A stretch of DNA of 63,943 bases, filler included, from Actinomycetota bacterium (GTDB lineage Bacteria; Actinomycetota; Actinomycetes; JAKEEW01): NCBI GenBank assembly GCA_046725875.1. It is 4 parts of 4 records of this genome, joined end to end, with 100 filler letters (N's around TTAATTAATTAA, not from the genome) between each part and the next. Parts side by side here need not be neighbours in the genome. Positions count along the whole stretch, not along the records: positions 1 to 30,723 come from JBKOZJ010000147.1; 3 more parts are not named here. One strand, given 5' to 3'. Under the pieces are notes generated by a model, which did not search any database, had not been told where the DNA came from, and saw nothing but the letters and a program-made list of their open reading frames with translations. The position numbers and the translations under genes are program-made. Positions 10,053-20,013 of the stretch are shown piece by piece. Within the stretch, counting starts at the first letter, position 1, and every line of letters begins with the position of its first letter.

Positions 10053-11360
10053 ATGAGGCGCATTTCACGTACGCTCCCCGTCCTGCTGGCGCTCGCTCTC
10101 GGGGCGGCGGCCTGCGGCGGCGACGATGACAACGGCGGCGGGGGCGGCCAGGGGAAGTCGCTGCAGGGTAAGACGATCGAGGTCGCCGCTGTCTGGACTG
10201 GCGCGGAGCAAACCAACTTCAAGAAGGTGCTCGACGAGTTCACCAATCAGACCGGGGCGACCGTCAACTTCACGCCGACCGGTGACAACGTCGCGACGTT
10301 CCTCAGCTCGAAGCTCGAAGGCGGCGCGCCGCCGGATGTGGCGTTCCTTCCACAGCAGGGCGTGCTGGTGCAGTTCGCCGACCAGAACGCGCTCAAGCCG
10401 GTGAACTCGGCCGTGCAGCAGGCGGTCGACGCGAACTTCGCCCCCGTTTGGAAGGACCTGGCCAGCGTCGACGGCAAGCTGTACGGCGTCTACTTCAAGG
10501 TGGCGAACAAGTCGACGGTCTGGTACCGGGCGGACGACTTCGAGCAGGCCGGCGTTAGCCCGCCGAAGACGTGGGACGAGTTCGTTAACGTGGCCAATAC
10601 CCTGTCCGACGCTGGAATCACGCCGTTGTCGATTGCCGGCGCCGACGGCTGGACGCTCACGGACTGGTTCGAGAACGTCTACCTCAGCTCGGCCGGACCG
10701 GACAAGTACGACCAGCTGTCCAAGCACGAGATTCCGTGGACCGACCCATCGGTGACCAAGGCGCTGGAGACACTTGCGCAGCTGTGGGGTAGCCAGAGAC
10801 TCATCGCCGGCGGCGCGTCGAATGCCTTGCAGACCGACTTTCCGACATCAGTCACCAACGTCTTCGGCGACAACTCGAAGGCAGCGATCGTCTACGAGGG
10901 CGACTTCGTCCAGATCAATATCGCCGACAGCACCAACGCCAAGGTCGGCCAGGATGCGCTCATGTTCCCGTTCCCGTCGGTGGGCGGCGAGACACCCGTG
11001 GTAAGCGGCGGCGACGTGGCGGTGATCTTGAAGGACAGCCAGGCATCGCAGGAGCTGCTCAAGTTCCTGGCCTCACCCGAAGCGGCGGCGGTGTGGGCTA
11101 AGGCCGGAGGATACTCCTCGGCCAACAAGAACCTCGACGCGACAAACTACCCCGACGACATCTCCCGCCAGATCGGCGAGGCGATCGTTAGCGCAGGTGA
11201 CAACGTCAGGTTCGATATGTCCGACCTTGCACCGGCAGCCTTCGGTGGAACGGTCGGTAAGGGCGAGTGGAAGGACCTGCAGGACTTCCTCAAGAACCCG
11301 AAGGACGTCCAGGGGACCCAAAACCAACTCGAGAAGGACGCCGCGGCGGCGTTCCAGTAG
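10053..11360 (+). CDS. Carbohydrate ABC transporter substrate-binding lipoprotein (alpha-glucoside AglE-like)
   Basis: Lipobox AAAC, ANKSTVWY, DGWTLTDWFE, RFDMSD. Confidence 0.88.
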   Translation: MRRISRTLPVLLALALGAAACGGDDDNGGGGGQGKSLQGKTIEVAAVWTGAEQTNFKKVLDEFTNQTGATVNFTPTGDNVATFLSSKLEGGAPPDVAFLPQQGVLVQFADQNALKPVNSAVQQAVDANFAPVWKDLASVDGKLYGVYFKVANKSTVWYRADDFEQAGVSPPKTWDEFVNVANTLSDAGITPLSIAGADGWTLTDWFENVYLSSAGPDKYDQLSKHEIPWTDPSVTKALETLAQLWGSQRLIAGGASNALQTDFPTSVTNVFGDNSKAAIVYEGDFVQINIADSTNAKVGQDALMFPFPSVGGETPVVSGGDVAVILKDSQASQELLKFLASPEAAAVWAKAGGYSSANKNLDATNYPDDISRQIGEAIVSAGDNVRFDMSDLAPAAFGGTVGKGEWKDLQDFLKNPKDVQGTQNQLEKDAAAAFQ

Positions 11361-11366
11361 GCCGCG

Positions 11367-12794
11367 ATGACTGACCGGGAAACGACGGACCCGGCGGCGG
11401 GGGGCGAGAGCTCCCCGCCCGCCGGCACCGCAGTGAGCACATCCCAAGCGGCTGGTCCAGTCGACGAGACGACGGCGGGTCGTGCGGATGGCGGGCGCCG
11501 CCCCCGTGGCCGAGTGGTGGAGCGGCTGACGAGCTGGCGGGCACTCCCGTTCCTGTTGCCGGCGTTGATCGTCCTGGGCGCGCTCGTCGCCTACCCGATC
11601 GTCTACACGATCTACCGCAGCTTCTTCGACGCTTCCGGCGACTCGTTCGTAGGCGGTGACAACTACAAGGATCTGTTCACCGACGACTCGACCTTCACGG
11701 CGGTCAAGAACAACGTCATCTGGGTTCTGGTGGCGCCCGCGGTGGTGACGGCGCTGGGGCTGATGTTCGCAGTCCTCACCGAGCGGATCAGGTGGTCAAC
11801 GGCATTCAAGACGATCGTCTTCCTCCCCATGGCGATCTCGTTCCTCGCCGTTGGTGTGATCTTCCGATTCGTGTACGACGAGGACCCGAACATCGGCGTG
11901 CTCAACGCCGCGGTCGTCGGTGTTCACGACATCTTCGTTGAACCGTCCGAGTATGCCGGAGCTCGGCCGCGTGACGCTCAGGCCCTGGTCAACCGGGGCG
12001 GGACTTATACGACCGACGCCACGTTCTCGGCGACCCAGCCGGCCATGCTCGGGCTGGTCGGCCTGCCGCAGGACAAGATTCCGAGCGACGCCGCGCCCGC
12101 CGCGACCTCGGTCAGCGGGCCTGGAGTGGGCGGCGTCGTGTGGCTCGACTTCGCGCCGGGCGGCGGCGGCCGGCCGAATGCGATCGACCCGAACGAGAAG
12201 GGCCTGCCCGGCGTGAAGGTCGAGGCCGTGCAGAACGGGAACGTCGTGGACTCGACCAAGACCCGTGATGACGGCTCGTTCGATTTCAGCGACCTGACGT
12301 CCGGCTCGTACGCCTTGCGCTTGCCGTCGTCCAACTTCAAGGAGCCCTTCAACGGGGTGACCTGGCTCGGCCCAAGCCTGGTGACGCCGTCGATCATCGC
12401 CTCCTATGTGTGGACGTGGGCCGGCTTCGCGATGGTCCTGATCGGCGCCGGATTGGCAGCGATCCCCAGGGAGGCGCTCGAGGCGGCCCGGGTCGACGGC
12501 GCGACGGAGTTCCAGGTCTTCCGGCGGGTCACCATGCCGCTGCTCGCTCCGGTGCTCGTGGTCGTGCTGGTGACTCTGGTCATCAACGTGCTGAAGATCT
12601 TCGACCTCGTTTACATCATCGCGCCCGGGTCGACGCAGCCTGACGCGAACGTGCTCGCCTTGCAGATGTACTTGACCTCCTTTGGCGGGGCACAGAACCA
12701 GGGGCTGGGAAGCGCGATCGCGGTCTTCCTCTTCGTGCTCGTGGTACCCGCGATGATCTTCAATATCCGTAGGTTCCGGCGGGAGCAGCGATGA
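11367..12794 (+). CDS. Carbohydrate ABC permease (MalF-type) with an inserted SdrD-B/CnaB-like extracellular domain
   Basis: TM helices, EAARVDGA loop; central insert GGVVWLD...NEKGLPGVKV...DDGSFDFSDLTSGSY. Confidence 0.88.
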   Translation: MTDRETTDPAAGGESSPPAGTAVSTSQAAGPVDETTAGRADGGRRPRGRVVERLTSWRALPFLLPALIVLGALVAYPIVYTIYRSFFDASGDSFVGGDNYKDLFTDDSTFTAVKNNVIWVLVAPAVVTALGLMFAVLTERIRWSTAFKTIVFLPMAISFLAVGVIFRFVYDEDPNIGVLNAAVVGVHDIFVEPSEYAGARPRDAQALVNRGGTYTTDATFSATQPAMLGLVGLPQDKIPSDAAPAATSVSGPGVGGVVWLDFAPGGGGRPNAIDPNEKGLPGVKVEAVQNGNVVDSTKTRDDGSFDFSDLTSGSYALRLPSSNFKEPFNGVTWLGPSLVTPSIIASYVWTWAGFAMVLIGAGLAAIPREALEAARVDGATEFQVFRRVTMPLLAPVLVVVLVTLVINVLKIFDLVYIIAPGSTQPDANVLALQMYLTSFGGAQNQGLGSAIAVFLFVLVVPAMIFNIRRFRREQR

Positions 12795-13693
12795 CGGCAG
12801 TAGCAGTCGAGCAGCCGCGGGTCGGCGCCGAGGGCGCGCCACGGCGAGGGCTTGCCACCCGGATCGTCAGCCGACTGGGCAGCGGGGTGGTCCTCGTCGT
12901 TCTTGTGCTCATCGGCTTGATCTGGCTGGTACCCACCGTCGGGTTGCTCGCCGCGTCGCTGCGGACGGGTGCCGATAACAGCAGCACGGGATGGTGGACG
13001 GTCTTCACCGAGCCGTCCCAGCTCACCTTCGAGAATTACCGCAACCTGTTCGACAACAACACGATGATCGACGCGTTCTTCAACACGATCTACATCACCG
13101 TGCCGGCCACCGTGCTTGTTGTCCTCATTGCCTCGCTCGCGGCGTATGCGTTCGCGTGGCTCGAGTTCCCTGGTCGAGACTGGCTTTTTCTGCTCGTCGT
13201 CGCAATGCTGGTGGTGCCCGTCCAGGTGGGCCTGATCCCCGTCGCTCGGCTATATGGCGATTTGGGGATTTTCGGCACGATCACGGGCGTGGTGCTTTTC
13301 CACGTCGCCTTCGGCCTGCCATTCGCGATCTTCCTGTTGCGGAATTACTTCGCCGGCATCCCACGCGACCTGCTCGAGGCCGCAAGGATGGACGGCGGGA
13401 CCGAGCTGACGATCTTCCGCAGGGTGATCCTGCCGCTCGGGCTGCCGGCCATCGCCTCTCTGACGATCTTCCAGTTCCTGTGGGTCTGGAATGATCTGCT
13501 GGTCGCGCTGATCTTCTCGAACCGTGACACCCAACCGCTGACCGTGGCGCTCCAGCAGCAGGTACGCCAGTTCGGCAACAACTTCCAGATCCTCGCGCCT
13601 GGCGCCTTCCTCTCGTTGATCGTGCCGCTGATCGTCTTCTTCGCGTTCCAGCGCTTCTTCGTCCAGGGCGTCCTCGCCGGCTCGGTGAAGTAG
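12791..13693 (+). CDS. Carbohydrate ABC permease (MalG-type)
   Basis: EAARMDGG, QFLWVWNDL, FQRFFVQG..AGSVK; ATGA overlap with upstream gene. Confidence 0.93.
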   Translation: MTAVAVEQPRVGAEGAPRRGLATRIVSRLGSGVVLVVLVLIGLIWLVPTVGLLAASLRTGADNSSTGWWTVFTEPSQLTFENYRNLFDNNTMIDAFFNTIYITVPATVLVVLIASLAAYAFAWLEFPGRDWLFLLVVAMLVVPVQVGLIPVARLYGDLGIFGTITGVVLFHVAFGLPFAIFLLRNYFAGIPRDLLEAARMDGGTELTIFRRVILPLGLPAIASLTIFQFLWVWNDLLVALIFSNRDTQPLTVALQQQVRQFGNNFQILAPGAFLSLIVPLIVFFAFQRFFVQGVLAGSVK

Positions 13694-13775
13694 GCCGGCG
13701 AGGGCGATGATTTGGCCCCCCTCCGCTCGCGGCGGGGACAGCCAGGCGCGTCCCCGGGTGGGTCGACTAGATCGT

Positions 13776-14549
13776 TTAGCCGAAGTAGACCTTCTGGTCC
13801 TCGAACCGGAATTTCCACGCGGCAAGTGCTGTGAAGAGCACGCCGAACGCGATGATCACCAACAGCTGGCCGCCGATGTCCGCGAGACCACCGTCCTCCA
13901 GGATGACCGACTGGAAGCCCTCCATCGCCCAGTAGGTCGGCAGCGCCGGGGCAATCGCCTGCGCCCAACCTGGCATCGCTGATATCGGAACCCAGGCGCC
14001 TCCGATCATCGCCATCGCCATCCCACCGACGCTGCCGATCGCGTTGAGCTGGTTCATCGTGCGGGCGAGCGCGGTGACCAGCATGCCAAAAGCGCTCAGC
14101 GAGAGGGCGAGCACGACGATCAGGAAGGCGAGCGCGATCACCGACCCGCTGATATCGAGCCCGAACAGCGGCCCGCCGAGCGCGAAGAGAAGCGCCAGCT
14201 GGACGACCGTCAGGGCGACCGTCGGCAGCAGCTTCCCGATCATCAGATCGACTGAGGAGGCCGGCGTGGCCCGCAGCCGGTCCCAGGTGCCCCAGCCGTG
14301 GTCGCGGAAGAAGGTGAAGCCGGCATAACCGACGCTGAACGCGGCGAAGGCGACGGCCATGCCGGGGACGGCGAACTCCGAGCCATTCGCCGAGGCGAAG
14401 CCGTCCTCGGCGAGCTGGTTCGCGAAGAGCTCCTTCGTCAGTGCCACCAGCAACAGCGGGATGATCACCACGAAGATCGCGGTCGATGGGTCGCTGAGCA
14501 TGACCCTGAACTCGTGCTTGAGGATCGCGAGGCTAGTGCGCGGCGACAT
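13776..14549 (-). CDS. ABC-2 type exporter permease
   Basis: Six hydrophobic segments, GTWDRLRATP, MPGWAQAIAPALPTYW. Confidence 0.88.
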   Translation of the reverse strand: MSPRTSLAILKHEFRVMLSDPSTAIFVVIIPLLLVALTKELFANQLAEDGFASANGSEFAVPGMAVAFAAFSVGYAGFTFFRDHGWGTWDRLRATPASSVDLMIGKLLPTVALTVVQLALLFALGGPLFGLDISGSVIALAFLIVVLALSLSAFGMLVTALARTMNQLNAIGSVGGMAMAMIGGAWVPISAMPGWAQAIAPALPTYWAMEGFQSVILEDGGLADIGGQLLVIIAFGVLFTALAAWKFRFEDQKVYFG

Positions 14550-15489
14550 CGGCAGCCTCCTTCTCCTTCTCCTTCTGCTCCGCTCGGTCGGCTTGTTCGT
14601 AGCGCCGCCCGGTCAGCGCCAGGTAGACCGCCTCAAGGCTGGGGCGCACGATCTCGACCGCGACCAGCGAGTCACGCGGCACTTGCGGAAGCACATCGAC
14701 CAAGGTCGCGGCCGGGTCGGCGGTAGCCAGGCGGAGGAGCCGGCCGTCGGTCGTCGCCGAGCCGTCGAGGCCGAGGTCGGGCACCGCGCCGGCGAAGGTG
14801 AGCTCGACCACGGACTTGGCGTGTGCGCGGATCAGCTCGTGGACTCCGCCGCGGGCGATGACTTGGCCGTGGTCGAGGATCACCACATTGGAACCGAGTG
14901 TTTCCACCTCGGCCAGGTAATGCGTGGAGTAGAGGACCGCGGACCCCTCGGCCGCAAGCCGTTGTACGAGGTCGAGCAGGTGCCCGCGGGTCTCGACGTC
15001 GGCGCCGGTGGTCGCCTCGTCCAGCAACAGCAACTTGGGCCGGTGGAGCAGAGCGATCGCCGTGTGGACCCGACGCTTCTGTCCGCCGGACAGCTGGCCG
15101 GCCTGTCGGTCGAGCAGGTCGGTGAGGGCCAGCGCCTCGGCAACCTCGTCGATCCGGCGCCGGAGCTCCGGACCACGGAGACCGGCAAGTTCACCGAAGA
15201 GCGCGAAGTTCTGCCGGACAGTGACGACCGGGTAGAGGCCGGTCTCCTGCGGTGCCAGCCCGATCCGGCGGCGTACCTCCGCGCTGTGCACAAGGGCGTT
15301 CAGTCCGTCGACCCGAACGACTCCCGAGTCTGGCTTCCGCAATCCGGCCACGATCGAGACGAGTGTCGTCTTGCCGGCGCCGTTAGGCCCGAGCAGTGCG
15401 ATGATCTCCCCAGGAGACACGTCGAGATCGACGCCGCGCAAGGCGACGACGTCGCCATACCTCTTCCGCAAGTCCGCGATGTGAAGCAC
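14533..15489 (-). CDS. ABC exporter ATP-binding subunit (DrrA/NodI-like)
   Basis: GPNGAGKTT, LSGGQKRR, LLDEATTGAD, STHYLAE; GTG 15489 chosen as start. Confidence 0.92.
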   Translation of the reverse strand: MLHIADLRKRYGDVVALRGVDLDVSPGEIIALLGPNGAGKTTLVSIVAGLRKPDSGVVRVDGLNALVHSAEVRRRIGLAPQETGLYPVVTVRQNFALFGELAGLRGPELRRRIDEVAEALALTDLLDRQAGQLSGGQKRRVHTAIALLHRPKLLLLDEATTGADVETRGHLLDLVQRLAAEGSAVLYSTHYLAEVETLGSNVVILDHGQVIARGGVHELIRAHAKSVVELTFAGAVPDLGLDGSATTDGRLLRLATADPAATLVDVLPQVPRDSLVAVEIVRPSLEAVYLALTGRRYEQADRAEQKEKEKEAADVAAH

Positions 15490-15539
15490 CTGCCAATCAT
15501 CCCTCCCGGCGCCGACGTGCTGGCATCGGATCCCGACAG

Positions 15540-15586
15540 ATGAATGTGCCGTTGGCTCGATAGTTTCGAGCCAACGGCACATTCAT
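15540..15586. repeat. Perfect 21-bp inverted repeat (REP-like or terminator-like hairpin)
   Basis: ATGAATGTGCCGTTGGCTCGA-tagtt-TCGAGCCAACGGCACATTCAT. Confidence 0.9.
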
Positions 15587-15658
15587 TCAGGCGTGTTCGG
15601 ATTGAACGGCACGTTGGCTCGAATGGGCTGATGCCTGGTCGCAGCTGACCTCTTGACG

Positions 15659-17146
15659 TCAGAGGCAAGCGGCGGCGCGTTGCTCGGCTGCATGTTGCGC
15701 GGCAGCAGCACTACGAGACGAAGCGGCCCGTTCCTCGGCGGCGGCCAGGTGATCGCCACCGTGCTCCCGCCACCACGCCTGTCCTTCCTCGGGGAGGGTG
15801 TAGATCGGGTCGTAGTACTCGTATGTCCGCTGAGTTGCGATGTCGTCCTCGCCCTCGATACCGGTCCGGTAGTTCTTCGTCCAGTAGGTGATGCCCCGGA
15901 CCGTGTCGTACTCATGCACCTGGTGCACCCAGCGCTTCCCGACGTACGGGACATCGCACACGATCCGGGGGGTCGCGAAGCCGGGGAGGTAGCCGAGGAG
16001 GCCGTGCTGCAGCCGCTGCGCCTCACGCACCGATAGCCGCCAGTGCTCACTGAACGGGATCATGTCACACATGTAGAAGTAGTACGGCATGATCGATGCG
16101 CCATCGAGCAGCGCGAAGCACAGGTCGAGGAGGGCACCTTCCGAGTCATTGATGCCGCGCATCAGGACGCCCTGGTTGCGCACATCACGGAGGCCGGTCC
16201 CGAGCATGGTCCGAGCCGCCCGGGCGACCAGAGGCGTCACGGATTGTGCCGCATTGACATGGGTGTGGATAGCGATCGCGACGCCGCGCGAGCGGGCCTT
16301 GGTGCCCAAGCGGGTCATGCCTTCGACGACGTTCGGCTGAAGCCAGTGCTGCGGCAGCCCCATTAGTGCTTTGGTTGCAAGCCGGATGTCGCGGACGTTC
16401 TCGATGTCCAGCAGACCGTCGACATAGGCCTCGAGGCGCGGCCACGGAAGGTTGGCCACATCGCCGCCGGAGACGACGACGTCTCGGACGGCCGGGTTCG
16501 CCTTCAGGTAATCCATATGCGCCGCGAACCGGTCTACCGGCTTGAGCACCAGCTTGAGCTTCTCGACTTGCGGCGTGGAGTTGCCGACGAGATCCATCCG
16601 GGTGCAGTGCCCGCAATACTGCGGGCAGGTCGGTAGCAGCTCCGCGAGCACCTTGGTGGGGTATCGATGTGTGAGTCCCTCGGCCGTCCACATCTCGTGC
16701 TCGTGCAGCGAGTCGCGGGCGGCGTGTGGGTGTGACGGCCAGTCGGCGCGCCGGTCGGAGAAGACCGGGAGCATGTAGCGGCGCACCGGGTCGGCGTACC
16801 ACGCCTCGGTCCACGACCCAGGTCCAGCGGGGGTAACTCCGGCGGCGATGGTGTTCAGCATCTGCGGTGGAAGCAGCATCGACATCGTGGCCCGCTCGGC
16901 CTGATCACGCTCGAGGTCGGCGAAGAATCGGTCGTCGAGGAGGTCGCCGGTCACCTCGCGGAGCTGCTTCACGTTCTTCACGCAGTGCGCACGCTGCCAC
17001 TGCGCGGACTCCCAGTCCGCGACCGTGACGGCCTTCCAGGCTGGGAAGCGGGCCCAGTCCGGCTCGACGAGCTCGCGGCGCACATAGGTGTAGGGCTGGG
17101 GGACCTGCCTAGCCCGGGCCGCTGCGTCGACCAGCTGCTCGCTCAC
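15659..17146 (-). CDS. kamA: Lysine 2,3-aminomutase (radical SAM, PLP)
   Basis: GLTHRYPTKVL, CPQYCGHC (CxxxCxxC), SGGD, NQGVLMRGIND, PYY; next to kdd/kamDE. Confidence 0.88.
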   Translation of the reverse strand: MSEQLVDAAARARQVPQPYTYVRRELVEPDWARFPAWKAVTVADWESAQWQRAHCVKNVKQLREVTGDLLDDRFFADLERDQAERATMSMLLPPQMLNTIAAGVTPAGPGSWTEAWYADPVRRYMLPVFSDRRADWPSHPHAARDSLHEHEMWTAEGLTHRYPTKVLAELLPTCPQYCGHCTRMDLVGNSTPQVEKLKLVLKPVDRFAAHMDYLKANPAVRDVVVSGGDVANLPWPRLEAYVDGLLDIENVRDIRLATKALMGLPQHWLQPNVVEGMTRLGTKARSRGVAIAIHTHVNAAQSVTPLVARAARTMLGTGLRDVRNQGVLMRGINDSEGALLDLCFALLDGASIMPYYFYMCDMIPFSEHWRLSVREAQRLQHGLLGYLPGFATPRIVCDVPYVGKRWVHQVHEYDTVRGITYWTKNYRTGIEGEDDIATQRTYEYYDPIYTLPEEGQAWWREHGGDHLAAAEERAASSRSAAAAQHAAEQRAAACL

Positions 17147-17342
17147 GAGCCCTCCTTGTGATCACTGGGATAATCCAGGTGTACGGGGAGCGGGGAAGTC
17201 CCATATGGTACAAATACCCGGCGTACCCGCCAGAATAGAGAAGATACTTCGGCCAACTCAACCTGAGACCGTAAGATTTCCGGTTTATCCTATTTGAGGC
17301 GAGCGCTCGCCGTCGTGCAGCTTGATCCCGTGGAGGAACCGC

Positions 17343-18431
17343 ATGGAGCGTGAACCCGCACCCGTCGACCGGGCCGTCGGGCTGCACCGGGTCCTTGCGC
17401 CGCGGGGCGTGCTTCCCCAGGCGGCAGACAAGCTGGACGCGAGCCCGGAGATTGCCTTGGACGAGGTACGGATCAAGGTCGAGCGACTGAATCTCGACGC
17501 GGCCTCCTTCCGGCAGCTCCATGACAAGCACAACGGCGACGGCGACGCGGTGCGCGCCGAGGTCCTCGAGATCATCAAGACCCGCGGCAAAATGCACAAC
17601 CCGGTCACTGGATCGGGCGGCATGCTGACCGGCATCGTCGACGAGGCCGGGCCGGAATCCCCGCTCGACCTCAAGCCGGGTGACCGCGTTACCACACTGG
17701 TCTCGCTGACCCTCACGCCGTTGGCGGTCACCGATGGACTTCGGGACTGGGATGGTCGGTCCGAGCAGGTGCCGGCCCGGGGTCACGCGATCCTCTTCGG
17801 TCGGTCGATCGCCGCGGTGATCCCGGACGACGTCCCGGCCCCGCTGGCCCTGGCGGTGATGGATGTGTGCGGCGCGCCTGCCCTGACCGCCAGGGTCGTG
17901 GGCCAGTACGTTCAGCGCGGCGAGGCGCCATCCGTGGCGGTGATCGGCGCGGCCGGGAAGAGCGGCTCGATGTCGCTCGCGGCGGCCCGCCGGAGCGGGG
18001 CCAAGTCGCTGATCGGCATCGTCCCTATTGAGCCGGAGGCGATCGCCCTGCAGCAGGCCGGCCTGGCCGATGCCGTCGCGATCGCCGATGCCCGTGACCC
18101 GGTGCCGTTGGCGGCGGCCGTGCGCGACAACCTCGCCGGCTCGCCGGCCGATATCACAGTCGTCTGTGTCGACGTGCCGGGGTGCGAGCATGGCGCAATC
18201 CTGTCCACTGCCGACGGCGGCACTGTGATCTTCTTTTCCATGGCGACCTCGTTCGCGGCGGCCGCACTCGGGGCCGAGGGGCTCGCCGCGGACGTGACCA
18301 TGCTCATCGGGAACGGGTACGTTCCCGGCCACGCTGGTTACGCGGTCGACCTGCTTCGCACCGACCCGGGCGTGCGGCAGCTTTTCGAGGCGCGGCTCGC
18401 CGCCCACTCGTCCGCGACCGACGAGGGTTGA
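17343..18431 (+). CDS. kdd: L-erythro-3,5-diaminohexanoate dehydrogenase
   Basis: GLHRVL, LPQAA, RGKMHNPVTGSGGML, LVSLTLTPL, DVCGAPA, FFSMATSF, IGNGY. Confidence 0.88.
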   Translation: MEREPAPVDRAVGLHRVLAPRGVLPQAADKLDASPEIALDEVRIKVERLNLDAASFRQLHDKHNGDGDAVRAEVLEIIKTRGKMHNPVTGSGGMLTGIVDEAGPESPLDLKPGDRVTTLVSLTLTPLAVTDGLRDWDGRSEQVPARGHAILFGRSIAAVIPDDVPAPLALAVMDVCGAPALTARVVGQYVQRGEAPSVAVIGAAGKSGSMSLAAARRSGAKSLIGIVPIEPEAIALQQAGLADAVAIADARDPVPLAAAVRDNLAGSPADITVVCVDVPGCEHGAILSTADGGTVIFFSMATSFAAAALGAEGLAADVTMLIGNGYVPGHAGYAVDLLRTDPGVRQLFEARLAAHSSATDEG

Positions 18432-18432
18432 C

Positions 18433-20013
18433 ATGCCTGCACGCACGACCCTGCTGACCGGGGGTCGCATCCATGCCCCGCGGGCCGCCCCGAACGAGCC
18501 GGCCACCACGGCCATGGTTGTCCGCGGTGACCGGATCGTCTTTGTCGGCAGTGACGGCGAGGCGGCCAAGCGAATGGCCGACGCCGACGAGCGAGTGGCA
18601 CTCGACGGAGCGATGGTCACGCCGGCATTCGTCGACGCGCACGTTCATACGACATCCACCGGTCTGGCCATCACCGGACTCGATTTGACCGACATCGCCT
18701 CGCTCGGTGAGCTGCTCGCCGCGGTTGGGTCGTACACGAAGAGACATCGCGGCGGACCGGTGGTCGGCCACGGCTGGGACGAAACCAGCTGGCCAGAAGG
18801 CCGGCCACCGACTCGGGAGGAGCTCGACCGGGCGTCCTACGGCAGCGTCGTCTACCTCTCCCGGGTCGACGTCCACTCCGCCGTGCTGTCAAGCGCTCTG
18901 CTGGCCGCGGCGCCCGAGATCCGGTCCCAGCCGGGGTTCGCCGACAGTGGGCATGTGAGCCGGGACGCACACCACGAGGCTCGCCGGGTCGTGCGGGAGG
19001 CGCTGACCCCTGCTCAGCGCGCTGCCGCCCAACACGCTGCCCTGCGTCGGGCGGCCGAGCTCGGCATCGGCGCGATCCACGAACTCGCCGGTCCGGACAT
19101 CTCCAGCGAGGAGGACCTCCGCGCCCTTCGCAGTTTGGCGGCCGAGCCGATGTACCCCGAAGTGGTCCCATACTGGGGTGAGCTTGGCGGCGTCGAGCGG
19201 GCTCGCGAGCTCGGCGCGGTCGGCGCCGCGGGCGACCTGTTCGCTGACGGTGCGATTGGCTCACACACCGCCTGCCTGCGAACGGTCTACGCGGACGCGG
19301 AGACAAGCGGCTTCGGCTACCTGACCGCGGCACAGGTCCGTGACCACGTGGCCGCGTGCACCCGCGCGGGCTTGCAGGCCGGCTTCCATGCGATCGGCGA
19401 CGGAGCGATGGAGACGGTAATCCGTGGCTTCCAGGAAGCTGCGCAACTCACCGGTGCGACCGCAATGCGGAAGGTGCGACATCGCATCGAGCACGCCGAG
19501 ATGATCGAGGCGTGGATGATCGAGGCCATGGCAAGGCTGGGCATTTATGCCAGTGTGCAGCCTGCCTTCGACCGGCTTTGGGGTGGGAGCGAGGGGATGT
19601 ACGCGCTACGACTGGGCAGCGAGCGGGCGCTGCGCCTCAACCCGTTCGCGGCACTGCGCTCGGCCGGGGTGCCGCTCGCGCTCGGCTCGGACTCACCGGT
19701 CACGCCGCTCGACCCCTGGGGAACGGTCCGAGCCGCGGTCACTCACCACGTCGCGGAGCAGCGCATCTCGACCGCCGATGCCTTCGCCGCCCATACCGTC
19801 GGCGCCTGGGCAGCCGCCGGGCGCGACGGGGAAGGCGTGCTCGAACCGGGCGCCCCGGCGACCTATGCGGTGTGGCGGCACGATGGCCCGTTGGACAGGA
19901 GCGGCCTGCCAGATCTTTCGGCCGATGCCGAGCTCCCGACTTGCCTTCGTACGGTCGTAGGCGGGCGCACGGTGTACGAAGCTGGGCTCGAGTGCGAAGG
20001 AGCGTTCACGTGA
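18433..20013 (+). CDS. Amidohydrolase_3 (YtcJ-like) metal-dependent hydrolase
   Basis: PAFVDAHVH, FADGAIGSHTA, FHAIGD, HRIEH, GSDSP. Confidence 0.9.
   Translation: MPARTTLLTGGRIHAPRAAPNEPATTAMVVRGDRIVFVGSDGEAAKRMADADERVALDGAMVTPAFVDAHVHTTSTGLAITGLDLTDIASLGELLAAVGSYTKRHRGGPVVGHGWDETSWPEGRPPTREELDRASYGSVVYLSRVDVHSAVLSSALLAAAPEIRSQPGFADSGHVSRDAHHEARRVVREALTPAQRAAAQHAALRRAAELGIGAIHELAGPDISSEEDLRALRSLAAEPMYPEVVPYWGELGGVERARELGAVGAAGDLFADGAIGSHTACLRTVYADAETSGFGYLTAAQVRDHVAACTRAGLQAGFHAIGDGAMETVIRGFQEAAQLTGATAMRKVRHRIEHAEMIEAWMIEAMARLGIYASVQPAFDRLWGGSEGMYALRLGSERALRLNPFAALRSAGVPLALGSDSPVTPLDPWGTVRAAVTHHVAEQRISTADAFAAHTVGAWAAAGRDGEGVLEPGAPATYAVWRHDGPLDRSGLPDLSADAELPTCLRTVVGGRTVYEAGLECEGAFT

Noticed and set aside
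15659..17146. kamA as the EF-P modification enzyme EpmB
   Set aside because: No efp or epmA nearby; the length and the kdd/kamDE/kal context point to lysine catabolism
17147..17342. Cobalamin or lysine riboswitch in the kamA/kdd divergent region
   Set aside because: No B12-box or L-box core elements were recognisable; it looks like a plain divergent promoter region
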